Shown here: one piece after another, positions 50,283-63,711 of the stretch
Layout: each line of letters starts with the position of its first letter
Position numbering within the stretch: the first letter of the stretch is position 1
Assembly (NCBI GenBank): GCA_010093705.1
Contig: MU006095.1
Coordinates: 1-64,000, forward strand
Source of the DNA: Patellaria atrata CBS 101060
Taxonomy: Eukaryota
DNA length: 64,000 bases
Reading direction: 5' to 3'
Notes under the pieces: model-generated
Told to the model about the DNA's origin: nothing
The model's input: the letters and a program-made list of their open reading frames with translations, nothing else
Database searches by the model: none
Program-made: the position numbers and the translations under genes

Positions 50283-53097
50283 TCAACGCGTTCGATCAAT
50301 AGCGTCACGTTCTTGTCGTGTTCGTCTTCCTAAACCCCAAAGAGTCAGCCCGAAAGTTCCATTCGCTGGAAGACTGCTCCACGCGGGTAGAAGGGGCCAT
50401 CGGTCGTTTCTAGGCCACCGTCCCCGTCCCCGTCTCCGCGATTCACGACCACGTTCACCTCGATTGTTGCTCAACTGCTCTTCGCCCCTCTCGAGATCAG
50501 CAGTATCGGGTACTAGAAGATGTGCGCTAGCAGAGTTATTTTGGATAGTAATAGCCTGAGTCTGGACATCCTCCTCATCCTCATCAACGCGAGATGCACT
50601 GTCATAGAGGCGGTGAGGAGATCGAGAAGACCCAGAACTAGATCCAGAATTGTTGCGAGCTAATGAACGCACAACATCCCCCTTACATATAGGGCACGTA
50701 CGACGTCGAGTTATTAACCACGGTGTGCTGCTCAAGTTAGCAATCGGAAGAATCAACTCAGCATTGCAGTAAGACTTACATGCACTCGGCATGGAATTCA
50801 TGCCCGCAAGGTAAGCTCATGACTTTACTCACGCCGTCGACATATTCCTCAAGACAAACAACACACTCTTTCTGTCTGCCCCCATAGCGTCGTCGCCATT
50901 CGGCGAGTCCTGCTTCGCGCTTCTCCTGTCCTGATGCAGACGACTCTCGACTGCTCGAACTCAGGGGGGACGTCGGACGAGGCACTTCAGGAGTTGTTCG
51001 AGATCTAGGTCGCGAGTGATTGTGGGGTGGCCGAGGTGTTCTTGGCGTTGGTTGAAGGAGAGGGGTCGTTGGAGAGGATGAGTTAGGAGATGGAGAGAAT
51101 ACATAGGGTGTAGAAGGAGCTGCTTGCTCGTTGGACAACGTATGGTATGTACGAACCGGCAAGCGATCCACAACAGATTTGGGTGCTCGCCAGCGTCGAC
51201 GACGGATACGAGAGCGTACAAGAAGTAGTGCGTAAACAACGGTCAGAGTTACAAGCGGACTAACGACGAGAACAAGGAGAGTATCGAAGAAAGGACTCGT
51301 GGACATGTTTGTAGGTGTGAGTGTTACCCATAATCCTTCTCTGTCAGGGTTTGACTCTTGAGAGCGATCTTGGTCACCTTCAGGTTGAGATCCTGCTTTA
51401 GAATCTCCTAGGTCCTCTGATATATCGGCTGGATCAATGACTGCTTCCTCTTCAGTGTCTTTAAGTAAGTTCCCAAGCCAACCTTTGGGACTTTCGACTT
51501 CATCTGCAGGATTGCCGTGATTTTCGTCCTCCACTGCGGAAGGGACCATTTCTGCCTCTGCATACTCTCCACTACCTGGGAGCACGCTACCTCCCTTAAG
51601 TTGATCCTCGGTGTTCTCCTGACCACCTAGTTCATTGGTAGCCCGAGGTTGATTGGTAGCTGTTCGAACAGGTAGTAAATCTGGGTCTCGCCAATCTTGT
51701 TCGCCTATTACGAAGTTGTCACTCGGACCCTTGGTGGGTGTCTGCTTGTGATTTTTAGGTGAGTTATGGGCTTTCTTAGATTTATGGGCCGGTTTCAAGG
51801 ACGATTCCTCCTCCCAATCTTCGGCCTCGACCCAGTTGATGTTTCCGCTGCTCGGTGGTCTCCTGCTGTCTCCATTGCGGGACCTTGAACCACTGCTAAA
51901 GCCGAGTTTGGAAACAAGCCAAGTAAACCAACCGAGACCACTATCAGAGTTGAGATTGGATTGAGATGGCCGTGAGGCTGGGCGTTTACCGGGTGGTCGA
52001 GTGATTGAAGTGTGCTTTGCGGAAGCAACTGTCTGCGTGTGGGCTAACCTATCAACACCTTCAACCCCTTCGTCCCCATCAGAAGGCCCTGTATCATCAT
52101 AATTTACTTTGTTCCCGTTTGCTGAACTAAGTCGTGTAGGATCTTCGGATGAAGTATCCAGGACACCACCAGACGGGATTAACGATGATAGTAGATGAGC
52201 CGTAGTATGGGATGTAAATAGAGCAGGAATGGTAATATTAGAGGTGTCGCCTTTGGCGTACATCGTGATCAACGGCCCACCTCGTACATTGTCTCCGACG
52301 ATGATGGCTACTCCGCCCCTTCTTTGGGCCCATTTGACCTTCTCAAGAAAACCGCAACCTCCTCGACTGAGAAGCACGATCTTGCCCTCAATTTCGGCAC
52401 TCTCTTGCAATGATTGGATGTCTGCGTGAGCTCCACTAGCCTCATGGCTTGTTGATGGTCTTCTGTTGACGGGAATCGGCGAGCCGGAGTCTGGTAAAGG
52501 TTGATGAAGGAAGTTGTCCGTGCCGTCGTCCTCTTGGATTGTAGAAACTTTGTTCGCCTGGGAAGACTCCAATAGTTCATCCTCAACAGCAGCTCCCCGG
52601 CGCGAATGTGGATTTTCCTTCTTCTCGTGACCCTTTGGACTACCATTACCTTTAAAGGTTTTGCGTCTAGATCCAACCGAAATCTCCGTAGCATCGGTAT
52701 CTTTACTTAATTCTTCAGACCACCCTGGGACATCACTACACCCCAGTTCGCCCTCTGCAACGGCTACGACGCCTCCGCGGCCTAGAGTTATATCGCCAAA
52801 ACCACTTCCAATCCATACCTGACCGCTCAGACCTTTCGAAGGTAGCAAGGGTCCAAAGGCAGCAGGTCGAGCCAAGAAAAAGGTCGAGTTGTCATCAGTC
52901 AGGCTGATAATAGCAGAAGGTGGGAAAAGCGCCGATGGAGAGGTGAAGGAGAACAAGGCTCGTAGTCTGCTTTGCTGTTCGCTGGATGATTGACTTGAAG
53001 AGACCTGACGCTCTTCGTGAGGTAGATTCGCGTAACATAGTAATAGGACGGCGATGGAGGAAATTGTAAGGGTTAGAAGAAGGCGTAATGGCCTCAT
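50283..53097 (-). CDS. PA-domain transmembrane RING-H2 E3 ubiquitin ligase
   Basis: Signal anchor; PA domain (LLSRGGCGFLEKVKWAQRRGG); TM helix; CVVCLEEY...LPCGHEFHAEC/ITPWL...CPICK; one intron at ~50729-50777. Confidence 0.92.
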
Positions 53098-54180
53098 GAT
53101 TAGGATGATTTGACGTTGAACTTGGAGCTTGTGCAAGACGGATGCAGCAATAACGCTGGACAGTATTCACGTCAGATGCATGCAGATTCTTCCGATCAGG
53201 CGTGGCCTGACACTCGATGTGTTGATGACGAGGTAGGAAGAGGATACGGCAAGGCCTGGTGGCGAGAGCTGATGAGCGCTGGTAGCTTGAGAGCGGGATG
53301 TTAACAACGGGAGGCTCGATCTGTGGGGATATTCTTGAGCTCGCGGAGGGAGCTACCTTGAAAAAAGCTACGAGACAGAAAATATTCAAAGAGAACGACA
53401 AGTTCTTCGGATTTGTTCTACAATAAGATATAGGCAGAAGTTGGAGGAGGAACGCACGAAGTTATGGGTGGTGGTGAAGGTTCCCTATGATCTAAGGTAT
53501 CAATCATCCTTGGCTTGTGGTCCGGGATGCCGATGAGTGCAAGATGTGGAGGGGATGAGGCGGCTCAAGCCGAATCCCCCCATCATCATTCATCAACCGC
53601 TCACTGATCCCGTCGGTCCAGATCTATAGCAAGTAGCACAGATATCTACTCCAAACCGTCAAAAATGACTTGTCAACTATTTTACCATGGCACAATATAT
53701 GAAGTATGCGGTAGAGCGCATAATCATGCTGCAGTACGCCTTTTACGAACTCTGTAATCTTCATATCTGCTGTACAGTCCTTTATCGAACTCCATCCCTT
53801 GCGTTCAACTTCCGAAATACATGCAGGCCGCCGTCCTAATTAAAAGAAGCCAATCGATTCATTCCATCCAGTATCATTGGGAAAATTTCTTGTCTAGATG
53901 TCCCCGAAATGGCACCTTTGGCTCATTGTACGGGCGTGACGGGGAACCCTTCAATTGCTCGTAATGTCAAGCGTACAAAATGACCAAATAGCCAGAGAGA
54001 TCCCCCAAACTGTACAAGACTACAGCTGTAGCGGGACGGAACGAATCTTCACCCAAATGATGAAGTGCTGTTCTCCCATGGAACGCACAGAAGAACTAGT
54101 TCTAGACTCTCCCCACGATTTGTTACTTCACGATGGTTTGATAGTACGATAACATCCTATTGTCAGGTACTGTAGTCTGC

Positions 54181-54250
54181 CCCTACTTGTCTGTCCCTAC
54201 TCGTCTACCCCTTACTCGTCTCCTCCCTACTCGTCTGTCCCCTACTCGTC
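54181..54250. repeat. ~14-bp tandem repeat (CCCTACTCGTCTGT)x5
   Basis: Visible upstream of the aquaporin gene. Confidence 0.75.
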
Positions 54251-54602
54251 GGCTCCATTATGTCCCTATCTCTTTCCTCAGTTGCATTGTAGATGTAGTT
54301 CGAACCTGCTCTAAGAGTGAAATTCCTTTTTCACTCTCTGGTCTTCCCAGTCCTATGGCCACCTTACCTTACTCTTCGCTCTTCTCCCGTCCTCTTCTTA
54401 AATCTCCACCTTTAACCTCTAATACAGTTCCGTCTCCCTCAACTCTAGCATCCTTTATTGTCCCTCTTTTTCATACCAATACCTATCCTTATATCAGCCG
54501 CACCTATACTTTCATTGTCCTCATCCTCACTTCCGCAAACGCTTAGTATACATTCCACCGGACCTTCTTTAACCGCCCCTTCAACTCACAAAGCTCACCA
54601 CC

Positions 54603-55759
54603 ATGAACGTCAACATACCCGCCGAGAATATCGTCTTGCCCGGGATGAGGGCCAAAACTGCCGACCCAAACCACCCGGTCGAGAGGCGTTTCACTGGCAT
54701 CGGATGGATGCCAAACCCGATCAGAAACCACTTCATCGCCATGATTGGAGAATTCGTTGGCACTTTCCTCTTCCTATTCTTTGCTTTTTCGGCTACCCAA
54801 GTTGCAAATGCTGCCGCTGCCTCTAGCTCTCGATGGGGATATGAGGGTCCGAACACTTCAGTCCTTCTCTACATAGCTCTGGCTTTTGGGTTTTCACTGG
54901 CTGTGAACGCATGGGTCTTCTTTCGTATCAGTGGAGGCTTGTTCAATCCCGCTGTAAGCCTTTCCGCCGGAGGAACCTACTTCAAACCTTAAAAAACCTA
55001 GTCCCTAAAAACCTAACCCCTACTAATGTCCAACTTCCGTGTAGGTTACACTAGGCCTCTGTCTCATCGGTGCAGTCGGCTGGATCCGCGGCATACTAGT
55101 CGTCATCTCCCAACTCCTTGGCGCCATTACAGCCGCAGCCGTTGTTTCAGGCCTCTTCCCCGGTCCGATGCGCGTCCGCACCTCTCTCGGCGGCGGCACG
55201 TCTGTCTCTCGCGGTCTTTTCATCGAAATGTTTCTGACCGCGCAACTCGTCTTTACCATCTTCATGTTGGCGGCCGAGAAACATAAAGCCACCTTCATCG
55301 CGCCCATCGGGATCGGATTGGCACTTTTCATCGCCGAGCTCTCGGGTACATCGCCAATCACTTAATTCCCGAATTCCCGAATCCTTCCATCACCCAATCT
55401 CGAAGTCTCTCCATCTCTTGATCGCTCAAATTCCTGCCTCAAGCTCCCGCCCTATCTCAACCCTACCCAATCAACGCAACTCTTAATCTCAGCCACTAAC
55501 ACTACCCCCAGGTATCTACTTCACCGGCGGCTCCCTCAACCCCGCCCGCTCCTTCGGCCCTGACGTCGTCCTCGGCCACTTCGATGGCCACCACTGGATC
55601 TACTGGCTCGGCCCCGCCCTCGGCTCCCTCCTTGCCGTGCTCTTCTACCGGTTTGTCAAAGTACTCGAGTACGAGACAGCGAACCCGGGCCAGGACTTTG
55701 ATGCGCGGGAGGCCGAGCAGTATAGACATGACGAGGAACGCGGTGGGAGACGTAAGTAG
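54603..55759 (+). CDS. Aquaporin (MIP family); a further intron could move the stop to ~55824
   Basis: GEFVGTFLFLFF, FRISGGLFNPAV, AAEKHKATFIAP, TGGSLNPARSFGP, HWIYWLGP. Confidence 0.93.
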
Positions 55760-56197
55760 AAAATAGTGGAGTGAAGGAAAGCAGGTGAGGGTTTGTGATG
55801 GTGAGCTAATGGTGTAGATTTTTAGAACCAATAAAGCATTGATATTGCGTTTGTGAGAGATACCGTCGGCAGGCGTAGGAGCGGGAGGCTGAGGTTTTTG
55901 CTTTATGTGCTCTTTGGTAGACGGATTGCTGGATTGTTCTGCGAGTGGCTGAGACCTTTTTAGGAAAATGGGGTAGTGAAGTTACGGATTGTCCAGTTTT
56001 GTGTAAGATACTGTATACCGGTTGTAGTTACGAACTTGAAGACTTTTGCACTCCTATGATCATTCTCTCCTCGATAATAATATAAATCGCCTTTCCTCAC
56101 TATCACTGTTCAGGCGCAGGCAATATACCATCAGCTCACAACCGTTGAGATTAGTATTGAAAATGGAAGTAGAACTTATACTATTATCCGAGGCTCA

Positions 56198-57553
56198 TTA
56201 TTTCCCCCCCTTCACCAATCCAGCAAAAGGTATAAATCCTTCCATCTCCTGCTCAATCATTGTCATCTTTCCCATCACAAGTTGCATAATCAAATAGTTC
56301 ATGAAACACTTAACACCTACCTCCTCACCCCTCTTTACAAAATATCCTGTCACATACTGAATCTCCCTCCTACCCCCCTCCCTCGCCTCCTTCAACATCA
56401 CACTGACCTGTCCCGCGGTCTTCCCCAAATTTCCCACCACAATGTTTTCCAGCCGCTCCGGCGCAAACCGAGTGTGAAGGTTTGGAAGACCCTGGAGTTC
56501 AGGTAAGGAGCGAATCACGAGCGAGATTTCCGAGATGAGCAGGCGGAAGACACGCGTGATACGGAAGTTGTAGAGAAGGCTGCCGTTACGGACATCACAT
56601 AGAACCGTGATAGGGCCTATAATCGCATTCACTGCGAGCTTTTCGAGTTGGAGTTGGAAGAGGTCGGTTGGGCCCATGGGTGTGGCTGACAAAAGAGGTA
56701 TGCGGGTTAGTGAGCGCATGAGCGCGAGAGATGGTTGAGGCAATTGGCCTAGTAACTCCTTATGAGATTTAGAAGAGCTAGAATAGATCGTTTTGGGGGC
56801 CTGCCAGACAGGAAGACCAACAAAGATGGTGCCATGTGTCTCGTGAACCACGGTAAAGCTATTAGCAGACGAGACAACATGTGAGCAACTGCCGACTAGG
56901 TAATTAGGCCGTGTTGCTGGGTCTGGGAAATATTCCTTGTTGATCTCGTCTAGGAAACCCATAGCTTTCTGGAAGAAGAGGATGGAAGTCTCTGGGGTTA
57001 TTCGGTGGCGTATGGCACCTATAGAGCTCATGACGTGTGAAGCTTGAGTCGTGACTATAAGATATCGTATGGGGTCGTTGCTAGTCCCATCAATAGAAGA
57101 TGTGTCCACTGTTGGTATGCCTAGAGGAAAATCGAATGAACCCCCCCGGGACCCGTTATCCATTGGAGTGCTCGTATTGCTATTGAACCCTATCTCTTGT
57201 CCGTGTCTTCGAGGAATCGGAATCGCCCATTCAATGTCAAATCCAGATCGCTCAAGCTCAACACCATCTGTCTTCAAGATGACCTTTCCACCGCTGGCGT
57301 GCTCCCAGCGCTTGTATTCTTTGCGCGAATGGAATAGTAAAGATATCCTTGGTAGATCTTGACCCTCTCGAAGATTGAATGCGAGGAATTTCCCGAGCGC
57401 TCCGGTCCCAAGAATATGTATCCTCTCATCCTGCTTGATACTTGACATCTCGGTTTTCCTATCTCTCCTGCGACGTACTGGACCTTTCCGTATGGTACCA
57501 CTGGCGAAGAAACTGGAGGGGCTATTGAGCTTGTGAGCGGAGAGATCATTCAT
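56198..57553 (-). CDS. Ketopantoate reductase (PanE/ApbA) family protein; true start probably in an upstream exon (~57780)
   Basis: RIHILGTGALG, LEKLAVNAIIGPITVL, NGSLL, REIQYVTGYFV; gtacgt...tag intron near 57520-57581. Confidence 0.8.
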   Translation of the reverse strand: MNDLSAHKLNSPSSFFASGTIRKGPVRRRRDRKTEMSSIKQDERIHILGTGALGKFLAFNLREGQDLPRISLLFHSRKEYKRWEHASGGKVILKTDGVELERSGFDIEWAIPIPRRHGQEIGFNSNTSTPMDNGSRGGSFDFPLGIPTVDTSSIDGTSNDPIRYLIVTTQASHVMSSIGAIRHRITPETSILFFQKAMGFLDEINKEYFPDPATRPNYLVGSCSHVVSSANSFTVVHETHGTIFVGLPVWQAPKTIYSSSSKSHKELLGQLPQPSLALMRSLTRIPLLSATPMGPTDLFQLQLEKLAVNAIIGPITVLCDVRNGSLLYNFRITRVFRLLISEISLVIRSLPELQGLPNLHTRFAPERLENIVVGNLGKTAGQVSVMLKEAREGGRREIQYVTGYFVKRGEEVGVKCFMNYLIMQLVMGKMTMIEQEMEGFIPFAGLVKGGK

Positions 57554-57987
57554 ATTTAATACAGAACCTGAATTGTACGTACCTATTCATATGAAATCGT
57601 CGAGAAAGGAAACTTAGGCGGGAAACATCCCCTAGATTCCTACTACCTAGGATACATAACGATGAAGCCCTTGCTATCCCCAGCCGTAGCCGTGGTAACA
57701 ATTGAAAGAGTTGCAAATGACCCAGGATGAAAATGAAACTGTTGTATGTTAGACAGAAAATGAAAGCTCTAAAGGGTATCTCATGGATAAAGACACAACA
57801 GAAAATAACTGTATATACAAAGTGTGAAACTTTAGATGATATCTATGACACGAGCTGGCGACGCGAACTTTCAGTTCTGGTTGAAAACGGTTAAATTTCG
57901 GCAGAATGCAGTGGTAGAGCTACCGCATTTATTTTTCTTCAGGTTCATTTTCTGCGCTGCAAAGCAGGGCAGTCTTCGAACTCAAAG

Positions 57988-58713
57988 ATGGATTCGGCGG
58001 AACTCCTTGATTTGATCGATGAACTGGAAAGCAATATCGATGACCTAGAGGAAGCACTGAGCCCAGTGCTGATCAACCCTCTCGCGAAGACCGCAAGTAA
58101 ACTTCCTCTTCTTGACAAAGCCAAACTCCATGTCCTGGTCACCTATGCAGTCGAGTCTATTCTCTTTTGTAAGTGGAGTTCGTACGTATTTATACTAGTT
58201 TCTAACTCCTTCAAAGCATATTTGCGTCTCAATGGCACCGATGCGAAAGAGCACCCGGTTTTCGAAGAGCTCACCCGAGTAAGGCAATACTTTGAGAAGA
58301 TCAAGTCCGTAGAGATTAGTGGGCAGAAACCCAATATGGTTTTAGATAGACAAGCTGCTGGCCGCTTCATCAAGGCTGGTCTGTCCGGGAATGACAAGTA
58401 TGACCGTGATAGAGCGGCTCGTCAAGCGCAGGAGAAGAAAGCTGCCCATCTTAAATTCGAGGAACTTTCAAAGCAACAACATACCGGGAAGCGGAAGGCA
58501 GACGAAGCAGATGGGTTAGATCAGGACTCCGAAGGCATCACTGAAGCAAGTTTGTCAGAGGATAGGACTCAACCGCAAAAGGTTAAGAAACCTAAACAGA
58601 AAGCAAAGACGAGGAGTAAAATAGTGCTCCGAGGAGAGAAAATAGCAGGAAAAGTTGAAAAGAGAAAGGCAAAGAAAAAGAGCCGAAAGAGTGAGGACTC
58701 CAACTTGACCTGA
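57988..58713 (+). CDS. Exosome-associated C1D/Rrp47 (Sas10/Utp3/C1D family) protein
   Basis: LPLLDKAKLHVLVTYAVESILF, HPVFEELTRVRQYFEKIK, LDRQAAGRFIKAGLSGN; in-frame intron at ~58169-58216. Confidence 0.88.
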   Translation: MDSAELLDLIDELESNIDDLEEALSPVLINPLAKTASKLPLLDKAKLHVLVTYAVESILFCKWSSYVFILVSNSFKAYLRLNGTDAKEHPVFEELTRVRQYFEKIKSVEISGQKPNMVLDRQAAGRFIKAGLSGNDKYDRDRAARQAQEKKAAHLKFEELSKQQHTGKRKADEADGLDQDSEGITEASLSEDRTQPQKVKKPKQKAKTRSKIVLRGEKIAGKVEKRKAKKKSRKSEDSNLT

Positions 58714-59385
58714 TTAATCTACCAGGAACTGGAAGCATTGAATCAGCTCGCACTGTTTTTCCATCCGGTAGTTCAGCACCAAGGATCTGTGTGAAAATTA
58801 ACGCGTGTCTACCATTTGAGTGTAGCAACAGATTCATTCCTCTCGGTCGAGAGAACCTCGCTCCCAGGGGCACAAGCGGAGAGCATAGTTCCATACCGAT
58901 GGATGAGACAACGCTCCCATCAACACTACCATTTCTATTGATACCCATCTCCGCATCCCCAAGGAGGTGTAGTCAAGGGTGATGGTTTGCGTTCCGTTAT
59001 CACAAATTTATTGCTAAGTAGCTGAACGGAAACAAGCAATAACGAGAGGCTCGAGAGCTACTTTTAGTCTATGAAAGTTTTGTGACTTTTTTCAAGGTTC
59101 AACTTTGCCTTAAATGTACTTATACCTACTAGGATATGAACAAACTTAAGGGTAGTCTCAGTGTTCACCCAAAGTTACTGCGACGAGCACTGTTGAATAA
59201 AATACATTGAATTTATACAAAGCTCTAGCCATGCTTTGCTCCTCATTCCCGGTAGGAATGGTCCAGCTGTGAACTGTGTCGGCTCCCTTACCCTCAAGCG
59301 GTGAACGACCCTCCATTTCAATGAGTAGTTGAAATATCCCTTTTGAGCCCTAGAATAACCCAAGTCAAACCCAGCATATCTCCCA

Positions 59386-59775
59386 ATGTATCCCTTCGAA
59401 GACAAATTGGTCCCAACCGAGTTCCAATCCAAATCCAATGATGAGGATATCGAGTCCATACACGTCCCTAGTAGGTTCATTGACGAACTACGCAGTTACC
59501 TCTATGTGAACAACTTGAATGGTTTGCTGGGACTCTCAACGCCGTTTGACGATGACGTGGAGGCCCAGTCAGCGTTCGAGATGGCAAGTCTGGAGAGCCA
59601 GTACGGTTGTTCCGAGACATCAGTTTCTCGACAAAGGGATCACAGGTGTCGTGTGCTTCTTTTCCTCGCTTTTTGCTGTAGTTTCACAATTGAGTCATCT
59701 GTAAGGTATCTTAATATGTTAACAGAGCTACCTCTCCCTCGGCGCCTTGGCGTATGTGATAGTGATAACATATGA
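59386..59775 (+). pseudogene. Possible relic of a hypothetical gene
   Basis: Coding-like segment (LVPTEF...FIDELRSYLYVNNLNGLLGL) flanked by stops; family not identified. Confidence 0.25.
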
Positions 59776-60026
59776 TTGATTAGCTGAACAGCTTCAGCAG
59801 GAGCTTGCAGGAACATGCTGAGCGCTTCGGGGACAGCCCTATGATGGGATGGGAGCCGCCTCGGCTTGTAATGAGGAAACCTGTCCGGGCCGCTCCCGTC
59901 ACCAGATCCACAAACGAGCTGGGTAAGCACCATGAAAGGGTTCACCCGCAGACGGTACAAAGTACCTTATTTAACTCAAACCTGACTGCGATAACTGCGT
60001 AGTCCAAACTAGCCTCCTTCACACCA

Positions 60027-61191
60027 ATGGCGTCAGTTGTCTCTACGTCCAGAATTCTCCCTTAGTGAATCGTCTTTACCTGCCCAACAAATTTCGAAGA
60101 CTTCCCTCATATAATGCGAACACTGACATCCCACATCAACATTAGCCAAACCCTCCAAGGCAAGAATGCATTATTCACGGCCATCTGCAGGCTTCGTGAC
60201 CGCTCAGACGGTCCTTAGCTTGCTACGTTTGTACTTTCACCTATTGTAGTACGTGAGACTAACCTATAGCAGTGATCCAAATGAAGAGAGGGTCACTGTT
60301 AAGACAGCTCCATTAGAGTGCTTAATGAAGAAGCCCAGATGATGCGGCTCTTCAGGGGGCATGACTCCATCCGCCAATTAGTCGATCAGATTGATGATCC
60401 AGAATCGGTGATACTCGAATATATGGACGACAATGTACTCAACTTGTTGAAGCGGAAGCAACTTCCAAAAATCGAGGCGAAGCGTGTTCTTAAAGTAACA
60501 TTTAAGGAGCTTACCGCATTACATGACCAAAACATCGTGCACACAGGTACGTGCTAATAGGGAGGCGCTGCCTATTGCGAAGCTGTCAAGATTGATTAAG
60601 TCGCAGATATCAAATCCAACAATATCCTTGTTAAGTGTAGTACACAGGGTACCCGGTATAAACTCAGCGATCCGGGCGATTCCGAATCACCTGATGTGCC
60701 GTCAAATAACGGAATGCATGTAATCTGCACGGAGATTTTTTGCGCTCCAGAAGTACCTCTTGGTATGCCTTAGACGACTAAAGCTGATATCTGGGCAGCT
60801 GGTGCTATAGTAAGTGGTTTCTAAAACGAGTTAATTACCTATTTTTTTCTAATTCTATTCTGGGAATAGGGAATTACTTTGCTCACAGAAAGGTATTATC
60901 TTCCTCCTTAAAAATGCACCTCCTCCTCATCTATCTATGGGAGTTCTTCAAGTGCAGAATGATTATTATGGACCCATCAGCAGAAAACAGTTCGAACGGC
61001 TCGTTGGCTATACGGTCCAGCCGCTACTACGACAGTTTGAAGAAAATTATCGACAGTTCCCGTTGTCAGCTGGTTCCCGAGAGATTAGCCTGGAGGATGT
61101 TGAGTTCTTCAACTCCATAATGAAGATTGATCCGAGGCAGCGCCCAACGGCGAGAGAGGCTCTAAAGCATCAATGGTTTTATAAAGTCTAA
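60027..61191 (+). pseudogene. Ser/Thr protein kinase pseudogene
   Basis: VILEYMDD, IVHT/DIKSNNIL, KLSDPG, CAPEV...MP*TTKADIW (TAG at 60771-60773 where W is expected), IMKIDPRQRPTAREALKHQWF. Confidence 0.8.
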
Positions 61192-62040
61192 ATCATGTGC
61201 CTGGATGGTAGTGGCACCTTTCAGAAACATTATAAAATCTCTCCAAATTATAATTGGACGGAAGTTTTTCAGTCTGGCGTAAGACTTGGCCAGAGCGATT
61301 CAAGTGTAACTCCCTCAAGGTATGGTTATGAATATTAGTTGTATGCTTCCTACGGTATGGAAATTGTCGCTAATGGCTCTGGTAGCTGAATCTCTCCATT
61401 CGAGTAGATATAATACATAGTCTACTTCTCACTGATGTCCAGACTCGGGGTGGATTTGGCGATAATAGTAGGGCTGATCCGAACAACTCATTTCGAAGAG
61501 ACTTGATGAAGTACGTCCCCTCCCTTAAGAGGGGCCATAAGATAAATGGTAGATCCGGCGAGGTATTGAATGCGCTCGATGGATGGAAGCTCATTATGTC
61601 CTTTACCTGAGATGCCAATGGGGAACCGATGCCCACTCCGCCATTTGGCCCAAGGTATCGGTAGCTCAAATGGACAAAGTGTGCACCTCCTCTTGTTCCA
61701 GTTGTGGGATAGGTTCGATGGTTTTCGTATTGCCTTCCCATTGTAGATCAGCTTGTAATTTATCCTCTAGGGCCACAGAATTGCAAGTGCCATAAAGGGT
61801 TAGTTTATTACATATGTGCCGAACGAAATCGATGACACGGCCCCCGGCTGATGTCCAATAGACTCAGTCACGTGCATTCCTTATTAAGCATCATTTGATA
61901 AGCAGAACAGAATGAATCTTGACCTCCGATGTCAAGTTTAAACCTACCTTATTACTTTGTATCTTCCTTTCATACATCCCCAACCCAAATTCATCTACAG
62001 GAGCGCCCTTCATACAAACTTCATCCTATCAAGATCCAAT

Positions 62041-62611
62041 ATGCCTCGTCAACGCGGAGGAGCTGCACCTGCTCGTCGTCCAGCCGCGGCGCCAGCTAGA
62101 CCTGCCGTTCATCCACCACAACCCACAACCACACGCCAGGCATCGACCGCTGCTCATCCTCCAGCTACGCAGGCCGCTCATCCACCTGCACAGCAAACGC
62201 AAGGTTCGCAAGGTCCGGGTCTATTTGGGCAAATGGCTAGCACTGCTGCGTAAGTAACAGATTCCTCCCTGCGTTTTGGATCGCCACCCGGACGAGTGAT
62301 TCCCATTTGCTTCGGTCCCCCTCAATCTCTTTTCGTCCCTAATATGTGTCTGTTATAGTGGTGTTGCTGTCGGTTCTTCCATCGGACACGCAATTGGAGG
62401 ATTCTTCGGCGGCGGTTCGTCTGCGCCTGTGGAAACCCAAGCCAGCGATCCCGCAAGCACGACATACAATACCAATACCGCACCAAGAGTCTGTGAACAG
62501 GACGTCAATAACTTTAAGAAATGCATGGATGAGAACGAGGGAAACTTGACGATCTGTGGATGGTATTTGGATCAACTGAAAGCATGCCAGTCTGCCGCTG
62601 CTCGTTACTAG
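62041..62611 (+). CDS. MIX17: Mitochondrial CHCH protein Mix17/CHCHD2-like
   Basis: PGLFGQMASTAA/GVAVGSSIGHAIGG plus a twin CX9C motif; intron 62250-62358. Confidence 0.92.
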
Positions 62612-62778
62612 ATAATCCATCGCTCTGAAATCCGCAGCACGGTCTATGAACTAGGAAGCTTAAGGGTGTAGTGCAGCGTAGCTTCAGGGAATAAACTATG
62701 CATCAAATTGGAGTTGCGGACGGCATTGTCTTAGGCCTACAATACCACCACCAGGCTTGTACATAAAGAATCAAAACA

Positions 62779-63506
62779 TCATTGAGCTACAATGCTTGTA
62801 CTAAACCTTGCTTTATCGGACTGACCCTGAACGTTAGAGTTGTGCCGGATACTCTTCTTGATAGCTTTTCTCAGCCGAGAGATCTCTATTTCAAGTTCCC
62901 GCATGTCCTTCGTCAGCTTCACTAACGCTGGTAGCGGCTGCTCGACTGCGGTTTCGAAGGACTTTTGCGCGGAACGTAGGGGCGGTGGTACAAGGATACC
63001 AAACCAATGGAGTGGATTTGTCGGCCCCTTTTGAAATCCTTCAGATGCCTCTGCTTTCTCGTCGGAAGCAGGACTGTCCTCATTGTTCTCTTTGGATGCA
63101 TAACTGCTGCTCTCTGCATCCTCTTCTTCCTCGGTTTTAACTTGTGAAGCTGAAAGCCCATCACTAGCAATAGATATACTATAAGATATTGTTCCATTTT
63201 CCTCCTTCACATTCCTAACCCTCCGTAAGTATCATACTCGTAGTTGCGAAATTGGTAAGGGTGGACCTACACTCTCCTAATAGCTTTCATACGCTCATCG
63301 TAGTAATCTTGCCCATACCGTGTCCTCCCGCCATTACTGAAGTTAGCTTGCGCCAGAGAGAGAAAGCCTTGAGAGAGCTGTCTCGATAAGGTAGCACGAG
63401 CGCTCTGGTATGAGTCGAGTAAATGGAGGTATTTGGTTAACTGTGCGTCGAGCTTTTGAATGAGCGCGTCGTGGTCGGGCACGGCGGGAGATTCGGAGGT
63501 AGTCAT
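62779..63506 (-). CDS. V-ATPase assembly factor Vma22/CCDC115-like
   Basis: GFLSLAQANF..RYGQDYYDERM; NPLHWFGILVPPPLRSAQKSF; one intron. Confidence 0.85.
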
Positions 63507-63711
63507 CAACGGCAAGTCTTCGAAATAAGTTCAATTATGAAATTGTGTTCTTTACTGTACAATATACAAGAATGAAATCAGAAGCAGTGATTTCGGAGAT
63601 ACCTAACCCACTTACCTTAGTGCAGTGGTGGCCCATGCGTCTTTTGATAGACGTCAAGCTTCATACCTTTTCTGGCCCCGACCACGAATAATTTCCAAAT
63701 TTCTCTTCACG

